A DNA stretch of 64,000 bases from Candidatus Aenigmatarchaeota archaeon (GCA_016187335.1 JACPJW010000001.1:352001-416000); one strand, 5' to 3'. Shown: positions 19,283 through 29,183, counted from the stretch's first letter. Numbers and translations: made by a program. Notes: generated from the letters alone by a model not told the origin.

Positions 19283-20179
19283 ATGTCTCTGAGGAGCGCA
19301 TTGCTGTATTCGCTTAAAATCAAACGGAAGGATAGGATTCTGGTTCTGTATGATAAAAAACCCGGATTAGCCCGTATGTTTTCTTCTGCATTGAAAGGAT
19401 TTTCCGTTTCCATTGAAAAAATGAAACCCACGGGACAGCATGGGAAAGAGCCTGAAAAGCGCATCGCTGAGAAAATGAAAAAAAGCGATGTCGTTATAGC
19501 TTTAACAACCTTTTCACTTACGCATACAGCTGCTGTCAGGAACGCAAAAAAAACGAGGATAGCCTCGATGCCCGGCTTTGAAAGGAAAATGATGGGCGCC
19601 ATGCTGATCAATTACGAAAAGCTGAAGAAAGACACCATGAGGCTTTCAGGAATCTTGGAAAAAGGCAGCATAGTGAAGGTGATAACGCCTTCAGGGACAG
19701 AAGCTGAATTTTCCATAAAAGGATGCAAAATAAACCCCAGCTACGGCATTGTGGAAAAGGACCACGTAGTGAACCTGCCCGATGGCGAAGTGTACCTGCC
19801 GCCGAAAAGCATGAACGGCGTGCTTGTTTTTGACTCATATGGTAAGCAGATAAGAAAGCCCACAAGGCTGGTCATCAGGAATAACAGCATCGCCGATTTT
19901 GAAAAGAGCAGCTCCGGCAATTTCATGAAAAAAATCCTTCCCAAGAAAAGTGACCGTTTTGTTGCAGAGTTCGGCGTAGGCACTAACAGTGCGGCAAGAA
20001 TTATTGGCAATGTTCTGGAAGACGAAAAAGTCCTCGGCACATGCCACGTAGCCTTTGGAAACAACCTGGGATTCGGCGGCACGAACAGAAGCAGCGTGCA
20101 TATAGACGTCATTTTTCACAACCCGACGATATGGGCTGACAAAAAGCTCATAATGAAAGAGGGAAAACCGTTGTGGTAA
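19283..20179 (+). CDS. Leucyl aminopeptidase-like protein, M29 family
   Basis: NLPDGEVY, AEFGVGTN, EDEKVLGTCHVAFG, VHID. Confidence 0.9.
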   Translation: MSLRSALLYSLKIKRKDRILVLYDKKPGLARMFSSALKGFSVSIEKMKPTGQHGKEPEKRIAEKMKKSDVVIALTTFSLTHTAAVRNAKKTRIASMPGFERKMMGAMLINYEKLKKDTMRLSGILEKGSIVKVITPSGTEAEFSIKGCKINPSYGIVEKDHVVNLPDGEVYLPPKSMNGVLVFDSYGKQIRKPTRLVIRNNSIADFEKSSSGNFMKKILPKKSDRFVAEFGVGTNSAARIIGNVLEDEKVLGTCHVAFGNNLGFGGTNRSSVHIDVIFHNPTIWADKKLIMKEGKPLW

Positions 20180-20243
20180 GCAAAGTCCTGCGGCATCCGA
20201 AACGTTTATGAGAATTGGCTTTAACTATTTCTTGCGTGTTGGC

Positions 20244-21608
20244 ATGGAAGACATTTCCCACATATTCCGCTCTTATGATGTCCGCGGCATCTACGGAAAG
20301 GACATAGACGAAGAAGTGATGAAAAGAATAGGCAACGCTTTTTCAGATTTTTCTAAAAACGCCGTCATCGGAAGAGATATGCGCTTATCAAGCAGGGGCT
20401 TATCAAAAGCATTTGCAGAAGGATTGACCGACGCCGGCGCCAGCGTTACCGATGTCGGGCTTCTTCCATTGGGGGTTGCCATGTTTCATGCGTGGAGGAG
20501 CAAGAAAGATCTGGCTTACATCACTGCATCCCATCTCCCGAAGGAATGGAACGGGGTAAAGTTCTTCCACAGCAATGGCCTTGGTTTCCTTGAAAACGAA
20601 AACCGCAAGATAAGGAATATTGTCGTAAAAGAAAAGCATTTTCAAAAACCAAAAGGCAGGGCGGTCGCGGAAAACAGCAGAAAAATAATCCATGATTATG
20701 TTTCTTATCTGGCTAAAAAAATGAAGGCAGAAAGGAAGGCACGCATTGCAATGGATTTCGGCAACGGCGCCGCAGCTTTGGCGGGGCACTGGCTGTTCAG
20801 GAAGTGCGGCTTTGAGGTTGTGCCTGTTTTTGAAAAACTTGACGGCACATTCCCGAGCAGAGATCCCGAGCCGCAGGAAGATGATTTGCTGCAGCTAAAA
20901 AAAACAATAGAAAGCAATAAATGCGACTTGGGAATTGCCTACGACGGCGACGGCGACAGGATGCTTTTAGTGAGCAATGATGGCAGGAAATTAAGCGCCG
21001 AGCAGGCATCGTACCTGATATTAAGCGAACTTCTAAAAAAACAAAAAGGCCCGATAGTCGCTAACATTGAATGCACAAGGCTTGTTGACCATATAGCAGG
21101 AAAATTCTCCAGGAAGGTCAGGAGAATACCCGTCGGGCACACCTTCCTTGTCAGCGAAACAAGGAAAAGCAGGGCATGTTTCGGCTTGGAAACTTCGGGG
21201 CATTACATTATACCTTCCGTCCTTCCCTTTGACGATGCGCTGGCAGTGAGCCTTTATGCTGCTTGCGCCTTATCGAAGAAAGAAAAATCAGCCGGCGAAA
21301 TAATAGATGAGCTTCCTAAATACTATTTTGAGCGTGTCAGCATGGAATGCAGCGACAAAAAGAAGTTTTTAGTTATTGATAGATTGAGAAAAAAATTCAA
21401 GGAGCAGTATAAAAAAGTTATGGCAATAGATGGCGTAAGGATTGACTTTCCTTACGGATGGGTGCTGATAAGGGCTTCAAACACGTCGCCGATGATCAGG
21501 ATGACGGTGGAAGCCGGCAGCAGCAGCGGTTTGGAAAAACTGAAAGCGGAATTCCTTGGAATGCTGCAGAAAGAAACAGGAAAAACAGGGATGATAAAAA
21601 ATGATTGA
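20244..21608 (+). CDS. Phosphomannomutase/phosphoglucomutase
   Basis: FRSYDVRG, ITASH, YDGDGDR, GLETSGH, DGVRI..IRASNT. Confidence 0.94.
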   Translation: MEDISHIFRSYDVRGIYGKDIDEEVMKRIGNAFSDFSKNAVIGRDMRLSSRGLSKAFAEGLTDAGASVTDVGLLPLGVAMFHAWRSKKDLAYITASHLPKEWNGVKFFHSNGLGFLENENRKIRNIVVKEKHFQKPKGRAVAENSRKIIHDYVSYLAKKMKAERKARIAMDFGNGAAALAGHWLFRKCGFEVVPVFEKLDGTFPSRDPEPQEDDLLQLKKTIESNKCDLGIAYDGDGDRMLLVSNDGRKLSAEQASYLILSELLKKQKGPIVANIECTRLVDHIAGKFSRKVRRIPVGHTFLVSETRKSRACFGLETSGHYIIPSVLPFDDALAVSLYAACALSKKEKSAGEIIDELPKYYFERVSMECSDKKKFLVIDRLRKKFKEQYKKVMAIDGVRIDFPYGWVLIRASNTSPMIRMTVEAGSSSGLEKLKAEFLGMLQKETGKTGMIKND

Positions 21609-22248
21609 GGCAATAATCCTTGCAGGCGGGATGGGCAAGAGGATGAGGCCTGTTACCGAAGACATCCCGAAATGCCTGGTTCCCCTGAACGGGCGCCCCC
21701 TGCTTGATTATCAGTTGGAGCGCCTGAGAAAATACGGCGTCAGAAAAATCATCATAGCATGCGGTTACAAGTGGGAGATGATAAGGCATATCTATGGAAA
21801 TTCGGTTTTGTACTCGGTTGAGGAAGAGCCGTTAGGCACGGGCGGCGCGGTGAAAAAAGCAATGGAACTCGTGGACGGCGAAGAATTCCTGGTAATAAAC
21901 GCCGACGATTTGAGCGACGCGGACCTGGAAGAATTTGTCAAGACAGGGAGCAACGCCACAGCTGTCGCGCGCTTTCACAGCAGCTTTGGCATAGTGGAAA
22001 TTGCCGGCGGAAAGATTACAGAATTCAGGGAAAAGCCGCTTCTTCCTTACTGGGCAAACATGGGCATGCACCTGCTGAACAAAAAAGTTCCTTTCAAGGA
22101 CAAATGCAGCCTGGAATACGATATCCTACCGCTGCTCGCAAAGCAAGGCTTATTGAAAGTATACCAGCACCACGGCTTCTGGCGCACGGCGAACACTATC
22201 AAGGAGCTGGAAGAACTGGAAGCGTTCCTCAAAGAAAAGACACTATGA
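21601..22248 (+). CDS. Nucleotidyltransferase (sugar-1-phosphate type)
   Basis: ILAGGMGKRMRP..PKCLV, EEPLGTGGA, NADD. Confidence 0.92.
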   Translation: MIEAIILAGGMGKRMRPVTEDIPKCLVPLNGRPLLDYQLERLRKYGVRKIIIACGYKWEMIRHIYGNSVLYSVEEEPLGTGGAVKKAMELVDGEEFLVINADDLSDADLEEFVKTGSNATAVARFHSSFGIVEIAGGKITEFREKPLLPYWANMGMHLLNKKVPFKDKCSLEYDILPLLAKQGLLKVYQHHGFWRTANTIKELEELEAFLKEKTL

Positions 22249-22602
22249 AATTTTCCTTATTTCTTCGGCTATTATTTCCAGCGAGTTTTTGTAAGAATGG
22301 ACTTTTCCTACGACAGCAATCTTGTTGCCGCGCTTCAGATTATAATAAGTCTCGTTGGCGCTGTTCTTGAACACAACAACGCGGAAGTCCTTGTCCTCAA
22401 GGGTTATGAAAATGTTGCCGTCCTTTATCGCAAGGGATTTTATAGTGCTGTTCAATGAAACTTCCTTTCCAAGATACGTGTCATCAATGACGGCCGCCGT
22501 TGTTTCCAGAGGCTTCATGCCTTCCGTAACAAAGAATAGCGCGGCAATTCCGATGACTGTGAATGCGAGCGATATTCTGGTTATGTTCACTTCAGTTCCC
22601 AT
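22243..22602 (-). CDS. Membrane-anchored OB-fold protein
   Basis: N-terminal TM helix and OB-fold-like C-terminus (VVGKVHSYKNSLEIIA). Confidence 0.75.
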   Translation of the reverse strand: MGTEVNITRISLAFTVIGIAALFFVTEGMKPLETTAAVIDDTYLGKEVSLNSTIKSLAIKDGNIFITLEDKDFRVVVFKNSANETYYNLKRGNKIAVVGKVHSYKNSLEIIAEEIRKIS

Positions 22603-23123
22603 GCCTTGTAGTCCTCGTAAACAGGTCCATTTGAGCTGAGAATAGATTTCTTCAGCTTTACCTTGTCTACGGTCATCGCGCCGATTTCAACGTTCTGGCT
22701 GTTCTTTAAAAAATCCATCAATTGCTCCTTCCCCCTGACAGACCTTACCCTTGCCAGGGTCAGGTGCGGTGTTATGTCACGTTCTTTTTCAAAAGGCGGG
22801 CACAGGGCTTGTTCAACGGCGTGCTGCAATGCATGCAGTTCCGGCGCGCCGAGCCAGACAACCCGTATGTAGCTAAGCGAAGGGAAAGCGCCCAGCCCCT
22901 TTACGGAAATCTCAAAAGGCTGCCAGTCTTTCAGTAAATCACCGATGACGTTTTTTACGTAAGATATCTGGTCATCACTTGCTTCTCCAAGGAATTTCAT
23001 TGTGAAATGCAGGTTCTCTTCTTCCACTAACTTCACATCAGCTACCTCGTTCAGTTGTTTTTGGATTTCCAGAGCAGCTGGTTTTAGTGCTTCATCCAGG
23101 TCAACAGCCAGAAAGCAGCGCAT
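22587..23123 (-). CDS. thpR: RNA 2',3'-cyclic phosphodiesterase (2H family)
   Basis: Two HxT motifs (HFTM, HLTL), RVVW, GPVY. Confidence 0.93.
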   Translation of the reverse strand: MRCFLAVDLDEALKPAALEIQKQLNEVADVKLVEEENLHFTMKFLGEASDDQISYVKNVIGDLLKDWQPFEISVKGLGAFPSLSYIRVVWLGAPELHALQHAVEQALCPPFEKERDITPHLTLARVRSVRGKEQLMDFLKNSQNVEIGAMTVDKVKLKKSILSSNGPVYEDYKAWELK

Positions 23124-23270
23124 GTTTTAAGTATTGGGAAGCGATATTTAAAAGTAAACAAGAAAAATGAGAGACGTGAGGGTAATTCCCGCAGCCTGCA
23201 AAATTCTTCGTTTTCTGGCGGTTTTGGCAGCAAAAACCTTTTAGTATACAGTCGTACAAAGTATTTTTCA

Positions 23271-23576
23271 ATGGGAAGGAAAAAAGGCTTTGATAATCGG
23301 AAAATAGTGGCCATAGTGGGTGTGTTAGTCAGTAATCCGGACGGCTTATGGCTCAGGAACATAGCAAGAGAGACTAAACTACATCCATTGACTGTTTCTA
23401 AGTATCTGGATACGGTTCTGAGACCTCTGGTCGAAGAAACAAGCCTCAGGAGCGAGAAAAAGCCAATCTTGCGCGTGATTAAACTCAAGCCGTTTGTCCT
23501 TGAAAAGATGCAGGAAGGCCGGAACATACAGCAGATTCTTCGCATGCTCAAGCTTATGGAAAGCGTGAGAGAATAG
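23271..23576 (+). CDS. Winged-helix DNA-binding protein
   Basis: GLWLRNIARETKLHPLTVSKYL HTH followed by a beta wing. Confidence 0.8.
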   Translation: MGRKKGFDNRKIVAIVGVLVSNPDGLWLRNIARETKLHPLTVSKYLDTVLRPLVEETSLRSEKKPILRVIKLKPFVLEKMQEGRNIQQILRMLKLMESVRE

Positions 23577-23630
23577 GAAAAGCAAGAAAATCTTGTTCTA
23601 AGACAGCTATTGTCTTTTCGAGTTTTAGCC

Positions 23631-23980
23631 CTTCACGTGAACTTCACGGCAACTTCATGAACATCTCCGTGAACTTGATGAACTCTTCGTGAAGGTCTGT
23701 GAATACTAAAAATTTTCCCTCACAAAATTCACTTTCTAGAATTATCAAACTCACATTCTACGTATTTACTCTAACTAAAACCCATAATGCTCTTCATAAA
23801 CCCTTCATATGAACTTCACCAAACCTTCATAAAACCTTCACGAACTTCACGGTGAATACATATGAAGTTCACGAAAATCACGTGAATTCACGAAGAAAAA
23901 AGCCAATTTCTGTGAAGGTTTTAGCCTTTTAGCATGAACAATTTGTGAACTTCACGAGCAAAAAGCATTTAAGCCGTGAA
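23631..23980. repeat. Dense phased array of TTCAY/RTGAA pentamers around an AT-rich spacer
   Basis: 13 TTCAY and 14 RTGAA counted in 350 bp; GTGAACTTCAC at 23637 and 23945; TTCAY exactly 11 bp apart at 23793/804/815/826/837. Confidence 0.85.
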
Positions 23981-23994
23981 GTTAATAGGTTTGC

Positions 23995-25182
23995 ATGGAA
24001 GAAGAAAGCGATAAAACCGATGAAAAGAGCACTAACATAAGAAATGAGAAGTCTTTGGAAGAGATAAATGAGAGCCCCGCTGTCAGGCAGGAAGCTGAAA
24101 AGCCTAAAAAAGAGGTACCCATTGTCTTCTCATCTTCTGAGTGGTTTTCAGCAAAGAGATGGAGCAATAATCCCTTTACTTTCAGCATACTTCCGTCACT
24201 TTTTGTAGGTTACAAAGAGCAGACATCAAGGCTCATGCTTTTTCTCGAAGAAAAGCACAAATTCCTGCTTGTCGTAGGCCCTACCGGCTCGGGCAAAACC
24301 ACGTTGCTGAAGTGGATTCAAGGCAATTTACCAGGCAGCGACACTTTGTACATTGGCAAGCCGCCTGAAACGCCGGCTGATTTTGTTGACATATTCAATG
24401 ACAAGTTCAAGGCACCTTGGTTTTTACGCCCTTTTTCACCGAAAATAAAAAATATTTACCAAGTGCCTGATTTCCTGAACAAACGGCTGAAGAAAAAACA
24501 CCTTGTCGTGTTTATTGACGAAATACACGAAGCAGATTTAGAAATTTTAGAATGGCTGCGCGTGCTTGGTGACCAGGTCGACAACATATCATTTTTGCTT
24601 TCAGGCCTGCCGAGCTTTGACCATGACCTTTCGACAAAGCTGGAGACCTTCCGAAAAAGGATTACAGCCAAGATAGAGCTTCTATCTCTCACAAAAGAAG
24701 AGACGCAACAGCTCATTCAGAGAAGAATACAACATGTTGGGGGTCAGGGTAATGAATTTCCACAAGATGTTGTGGATTTTATTTACAGCCGCAGCGGCGG
24801 CTTTCCACGTGAGGTTTTGCGTTTGTGCGACGAGTTTATAAACCAGGCAATATTAAAAGGCAGCCCTGATATCTCTCTGGATCTTCTGGGAGGCGTGACG
24901 GAGGAAAAAATAGAGCAGCAGGTTTATTTGGATGTTTTAGAAAAAATGACGCCCATGCAGCGGGAAATTTTGGAAGTGCTTGCGCAAAAGCCGCTGTCGC
25001 CGGGCCAGATTGCAAACAGCCTGAACCTGGAAAAATACAAGTCACGGCAGCACGCCGTGCGCAGCGTGAACAATATTCTGAAATTCCTGCTGAAGCAGGA
25101 CTACGTTGAGCGGCAGCAGTTCGAGAAAACCTTCGTCTACTCCCTGACGCCGAAGATAAAGACGCTGATGGTGAAAGCATGA
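23995..25182 (+). CDS. ExeA/AAA_22-like AAA+ ATPase with C-terminal winged helix
   Basis: NNPF, GPTGSGKTT, VFIDEIH, LSGLP, FRKRI, SGGFPREVLRLCD; C-terminal PMQREIL..SPGQIA..YSLTP wHTH. Confidence 0.85.
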   Translation: MEEESDKTDEKSTNIRNEKSLEEINESPAVRQEAEKPKKEVPIVFSSSEWFSAKRWSNNPFTFSILPSLFVGYKEQTSRLMLFLEEKHKFLLVVGPTGSGKTTLLKWIQGNLPGSDTLYIGKPPETPADFVDIFNDKFKAPWFLRPFSPKIKNIYQVPDFLNKRLKKKHLVVFIDEIHEADLEILEWLRVLGDQVDNISFLLSGLPSFDHDLSTKLETFRKRITAKIELLSLTKEETQQLIQRRIQHVGGQGNEFPQDVVDFIYSRSGGFPREVLRLCDEFINQAILKGSPDISLDLLGGVTEEKIEQQVYLDVLEKMTPMQREILEVLAQKPLSPGQIANSLNLEKYKSRQHAVRSVNNILKFLLKQDYVERQQFEKTFVYSLTPKIKTLMVKA

Positions 25183-25252
25183 ATTACGTGCGCACTATAT
25201 TCTCATCACTGCACAAATACATCCCTAACATAAAAAAGGCTTAAATAGTTAA

Positions 25253-25269
25253 TTACTATCAGATAGTAA
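25253..25269 (+). promoter_or_regulatory. Palindromic operator downstream of a TATA box
   Basis: TTACTATCAGATAGTAA starting 12 nt after the start of TTAAATA (25241). Confidence 0.6.
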
Positions 25270-25276
25270 GAGAATT

Positions 25277-25834
25277 ATGGCCATATCAGTTGCAGAAGCG
25301 AACCATCTAAATTTTCTTGTCGAGGACTTATCTCCCTTTAGAGGAGAATATTTAACCCAAATTTACGAACGACACCCACAACTTCTGCGTGCTTTTGATA
25401 GATACGCTTTGAAAGGTGGATTGGAACAATTTGAAGCTTTGCCAGTTACATCAATATATGGAGCAGAAGATAGACCAGTATATCAAGAAGTTACTAATGC
25501 CTTAGAAGAAGCCGCTGCAAGAGGAGAACCTGAAAAAGATCAATTTTTACGTAGATTAAGACAGACATATCTGGAAGCGCATAGAGTTGTCCTAGAAGAA
25601 GGTGAAAAAACTCACCGCGCTGTTCGCGTTTTGCCTATAGAGTATCATCATATCGTTGAAAGTAGATTGGATACTTTACAAGGGGTTTCTTCATGCCTAA
25701 GAGATTTATACAAAGTAATGGTCGATATTGTAGGTCAATCTGTTGGGCTTGAAAGAACAAAAAGAACTCCTGATATTCCTCTGGAAAGTTATGACGATAT
25801 CCCGGTAGACTGGCTTAATGATTCTTCTAAGTAG
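25277..25834 (+). CDS. Orphan hypothetical protein
   Basis: 185 aa, AT-richer codon usage, own promoter. Confidence 0.7.
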   Translation: MAISVAEANHLNFLVEDLSPFRGEYLTQIYERHPQLLRAFDRYALKGGLEQFEALPVTSIYGAEDRPVYQEVTNALEEAAARGEPEKDQFLRRLRQTYLEAHRVVLEEGEKTHRAVRVLPIEYHHIVESRLDTLQGVSSCLRDLYKVMVDIVGQSVGLERTKRTPDIPLESYDDIPVDWLNDSSK

Positions 25835-25886
25835 TATAAATTAACCTGCGCATCACGTTCGCATTACATCTCTCACATAAACTTTC

Positions 25887-25914
25887 TTTTGATGCAACTT
25901 TTTTGAAAAGTTGC
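25887..25914 (+). repeat. REP-like palindrome, copy 2
   Basis: TTTTGATGCAACTTTTTTGAAAAGTTGC. Confidence 0.85.
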
Positions 25915-25990
25915 AAAGTTTCAATTATTTAAGGGTGCGGCACGAATAATCTAACATTCAAAATAAATTATTCTAACGAGGTGCGTATAT

Positions 25991-26245
25991 ATGCAGTCAC
26001 GTGGCAGAGAGCTTGTAGGAAAAGTCGTTGTTTCCGAGGAAACCGGTAGGAAGTTCGGCGTTGTCGGCGACATGAACTTCGTTTCAGAGAGCGGCGAGCT
26101 GCTTTCCCTGGTTTTGGTCGAGCCCACAAGGCACGTATCCGACCTTTCTTTGGAACGTGACGAGAACAGCCGCATGCTTGTGCCTTTCTCGTCCGTGCGC
26201 AGTGTTGGCGACTTCGTCATCATCAGCGAGAAGGACATTGTTTAG
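25991..26245 (+). CDS. PRC-barrel protein (CdpB-like, putative cell division)
   Basis: LVGKVVVSEETGRKFGVV..VPFSSVRSVGDFVII PRC-barrel pattern; GAGGTG RBS. Confidence 0.85.
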   Translation: MQSRGRELVGKVVVSEETGRKFGVVGDMNFVSESGELLSLVLVEPTRHVSDLSLERDENSRMLVPFSSVRSVGDFVIISEKDIV

Positions 26246-26275
26246 GTTTAATGCTTTATTGCTGTTAAAGCATGC

Positions 26276-26548
26276 ATGAGTCGTTTGTACATAGCTGCTG
26301 GTTTAATTATTTTAGCGCTTCTAAATGTGCATGAATACAAATTTTCACTTTCAAGGATGAGGGAAATCCCGGAAAATGTCCCTCCGACGAAAGTAATTGC
26401 TGAGGAAAATAGGGTAACAGGGAAATATTACGCAGAACTGCCCCTGCATTTGAAAGCAGTCGGCCTTCCTTACAGGATTATCACTATTCCGGGAAAATGG
26501 TATGCGGAAAGAAATTTTATGATGGAACGCGTCAGCCAAGAAGACTAG
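26276..26548 (+). CDS. Hypothetical protein with N-terminal hydrophobic segment
   Basis: 90 aa ORF, convergent with radA. Confidence 0.45.
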   Translation: MSRLYIAAGLIILALLNVHEYKFSLSRMREIPENVPPTKVIAEENRVTGKYYAELPLHLKAVGLPYRIITIPGKWYAERNFMMERVSQED

Positions 26549-27585
26549 TCGCTTATCCCCTTCGGTCCCACCTTGAAAACAGCCTCGCCTTCCGGCAAAT
26601 AAGGAGAATCAATTAATCGTGCAATGCGGGTGTCGCCTTTGCTTTTTCTCAGGTAAAGGCGCATCCCGGTCGCGTGCGCAACTATATGCCCGCCTATCGC
26701 AGTCGTCGGGTCGCCGAACATCAGTCCCGGATTCGCCATGACCTGGTTTGTTACGACAACCGCAAGATTGTAAATATCGGCAAGCCTCTGCAGCGCGTGT
26801 ATGTGCCTGTTCAGTTTCTGCTGCCTTGGTGCAAGCTCGCCGCGCCCGCTGTAATCAGCGCGGAAATGAGCAGTGAGCGAGTCAACTACAATTAATTTAA
26901 TGTTTTTCTCCTTGATTATGTCTTTTGCTTTTTCCGATAAGACAACCTGGTGATCCGAGTTAAATGCCCTGGCCACGTAAATGTTCTGCAGGACTTTTTT
27001 CGGGTCCAGTCCCCTGCCTTCTGCGATTTCCCTGATTCTTTCCGGCCGGAACGTCGCTTCCGTGTCTATGAACAGGCACGCTCCGTTTATCCCGCCTTTT
27101 TCTTTAGGCAGCTGAACATTGACAGCAAGCTGGAAGGCAATCTGTGATTTTCCGCTCGCAAACGCGCCGTAAAATTCCGTTATGGTCTGCGTTTCCACCC
27201 CGCCGCCTAACAGGTTATTCAAAGATTCGCTGCCTGTGCTTATCTTGCCGATTTCCTCCCTTCTTTCCATGACTTCCGCTGCCGTCTTGAATCCCATGTC
27301 CAATTTTGCCCTGGCCGCAGCAATGATTTTCTCCGCTGTTAACTCCCCTATCTCACAGACAGCAGCCAGCTCCCCGGAAGAAGTAGCAGCTATTGACATC
27401 AGGTCCTCGTAGCCAGCTTCTTTCAGCTTCTGCGCACCCTTAGGACCGATGCCAGGAAGGTCTTCAATACTTATTTCGCCGTTTTCTTTGTCCCTTTTTG
27501 TTATTTCTTCAGCGCCTTCCATCATCTCTTCTTCTATGATTTCCTCCTTCGTTTTCTTCTCCTTCACAGCGATTTTGCGGGGCAT
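26545..27585 (-). CDS. radA: DNA repair and recombination protein RadA
   Basis: HhH N-terminal domain, [38 protein letters not shown]. Confidence 0.98.
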   Translation of the reverse strand: MPRKIAVKEKKTKEEIIEEEMMEGAEEITKRDKENGEISIEDLPGIGPKGAQKLKEAGYEDLMSIAATSSGELAAVCEIGELTAEKIIAAARAKLDMGFKTAAEVMERREEIGKISTGSESLNNLLGGGVETQTITEFYGAFASGKSQIAFQLAVNVQLPKEKGGINGACLFIDTEATFRPERIREIAEGRGLDPKKVLQNIYVARAFNSDHQVVLSEKAKDIIKEKNIKLIVVDSLTAHFRADYSGRGELAPRQQKLNRHIHALQRLADIYNLAVVVTNQVMANPGLMFGDPTTAIGGHIVAHATGMRLYLRKSKGDTRIARLIDSPYLPEGEAVFKVGPKGISD

Positions 27586-27588
27586 AAT

Positions 27589-27735
27589 TTATTCTTCCTT
27601 TACATTTTTTCTTTTCTCAGTCACTTTTTCTGTTTTCCAGTACCAATATAAAATACCAGGTATCAAGAAAAACAATAGCAAAATCACTAATAGTAATTTA
27701 CTACCTCTAAAAACTCTTCTTTCTACTGTTGCCAT
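27589..27735 (-). CDS. Small single-TM orphan (48 aa) between rpa and radA
   Basis: MATVERRVFRGSKLLLVILLLFFLIPGILYWYWKTEKVTEKRKNVKEE; fills the gap exactly; AT-rich. Confidence 0.7.
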   Translation of the reverse strand: MATVERRVFRGSKLLLVILLLFFLIPGILYWYWKTEKVTEKRKNVKEE

Positions 27736-27737
27736 GC

Positions 27738-28694
27738 TTATCCCATCATCTGCAGCAGCGATTCGATTTCTTTCTTCACATCAACGTTCTTAACGTTGTT
27801 CACGACAAATTCCAGCCTGTCAAAAACCTTGTTGCGCCGTACAGCGCCTTCAAATAAAAACTCCTTTCCCAGCTGAACCCTTTCAAAAACTGCTGCGCGG
27901 TCCATTTTCCTCATGAACGCCTTTCGCGCCTCGTCGGTGCGGTAATTGAGGATTTTCTCAGCATTCTCGCCGAAGAAAACAGCCCTCAGATTGCCCGTGC
28001 CGTCGTCCACGATGCCTGATACAACCAAAGCATGGTCCGGCTCAACTTCGCCATGCTCCTCGCAGCGGAAGTTGTTTTCCTCTTTCACCCTGGCGCTGCA
28101 TTTAGGGCATATTTCGTAGAAAGCGTTGCCCTCGAAGACCTGCAGCAAAGATGCGCGCAATTCCTTGTATTGGTTTTCCCTTAGCTGGGCGATAGCCGAG
28201 CGGTCGTATTTTTTCTGGGCAGTTTCAACCTTTATTTCTTCCTCGGATTTCACGATGTTTCCGTATCTGCCCAGCCTTATTTCGTTTCCGTACAAGCCTT
28301 CCCGCACGAAGCCGCGCACCCTCACGGTGTCGCCCTCCTCCGCGCTCAGCTTCTCTATCTCCTCGTTCCATAAAACAAGACGGATCGATCCAGATTCATC
28401 AGCCAGCGTCACTGCAGCCAGCTTCCCCTTCCCCTTTTCTGATTCGTAATCCTTCCTGTCTATGCGCATTATCTTCCCGACGATATCGACGTTCTGCATG
28501 CCGGGAATGATATTTTCAATGAGCAACCGCTCCGTTTTTCGCAGTTCAACTCCCAGCTCACGCGCCACCATGTATGTCGCGCCTTCGTAAGAAATTAATC
28601 CAGATAGTTCCGCCTGCTTGTCTTCTATCCTGCTGTGTACATCTTCCTCTGTAAGTCCTGACGTAGAAGCAATTTTCCTGATGATTTCGTCCAT
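27738..28694 (-). CDS. rpa: Replication protein A (OB folds plus Zn finger)
   Basis: LADESGSIRLVLWNEE, CPKC..CEEH, VDDGTGNLRAVFF. Confidence 0.92.
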   Translation of the reverse strand: MDEIIRKIASTSGLTEEDVHSRIEDKQAELSGLISYEGATYMVARELGVELRKTERLLIENIIPGMQNVDIVGKIMRIDRKDYESEKGKGKLAAVTLADESGSIRLVLWNEEIEKLSAEEGDTVRVRGFVREGLYGNEIRLGRYGNIVKSEEEIKVETAQKKYDRSAIAQLRENQYKELRASLLQVFEGNAFYEICPKCSARVKEENNFRCEEHGEVEPDHALVVSGIVDDGTGNLRAVFFGENAEKILNYRTDEARKAFMRKMDRAAVFERVQLGKEFLFEGAVRRNKVFDRLEFVVNNVKNVDVKKEIESLLQMMG

Positions 28695-28725
28695 GCGTTA
28701 CAATACTGCAATAAAATGTTTAAAG

Positions 28726-28971
28726 GTGAAAATAACAAAAAACAAAGTGAGAAGAGCTCAGGTACTTGAAATCTTTGAAAGCGAACTTACGCAGGAATTT
28801 AATAAAAGAGGCATGAAAGGCTTTCATGATTATTTCTGCGGCTTAAGAGACAGATTTTTGGAAGAACACCAGGAATACAGAAATTCTTTGAAGTTTCTGA
28901 TCGACAGCTTCTATTTCTATTACAGATGGAAGTATTCAAGCTTAGCAAGAAAAAGGAAAGACATACACTAG
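28726..28971 (+). CDS. Hypothetical protein
   Basis: About 81 aa from a GTG; no recognisable motif. Confidence 0.4.
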   Translation: MKITKNKVRRAQVLEIFESELTQEFNKRGMKGFHDYFCGLRDRFLEEHQEYRNSLKFLIDSFYFYYRWKYSSLARKRKDIH

Positions 28972-29183
28972 CTCCTTTCATTAACCCGCCGCGCCATCTT
29001 GATGTCTTTCTTCAGTATAGTCCTTCTGTTTGATATCTCGGAAAGCTTCTGTGCCTCTTTGGAAATGAGGAACGCTTTTTCTTCCAGTACCTTTGCCAGT
29101 TCCTTTGCCGCTTCGTCGCTGACGCGCTTGGCGCCGGCTTTCTTGAACAGCCTGCGGATTGGCTCTATGGTGAGCATGCTCAT
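28968..29183 (-). CDS. Archaeal histone
   Basis: IEPIRRLFKKAGAKRVSDEA..RRTILKKDI aligns with the HMf-family fold. Confidence 0.93.
   Translation of the reverse strand: MSMLTIEPIRRLFKKAGAKRVSDEAAKELAKVLEEKAFLISKEAQKLSEISNRRTILKKDIKMARRVNERS

Noticed and set aside
23631-23980. Pentamer array as a CRISPR or a coding tandem repeat
   Set aside because: There is no constant 25-45 bp repeat with unique spacers, no cas genes and no long ORF.
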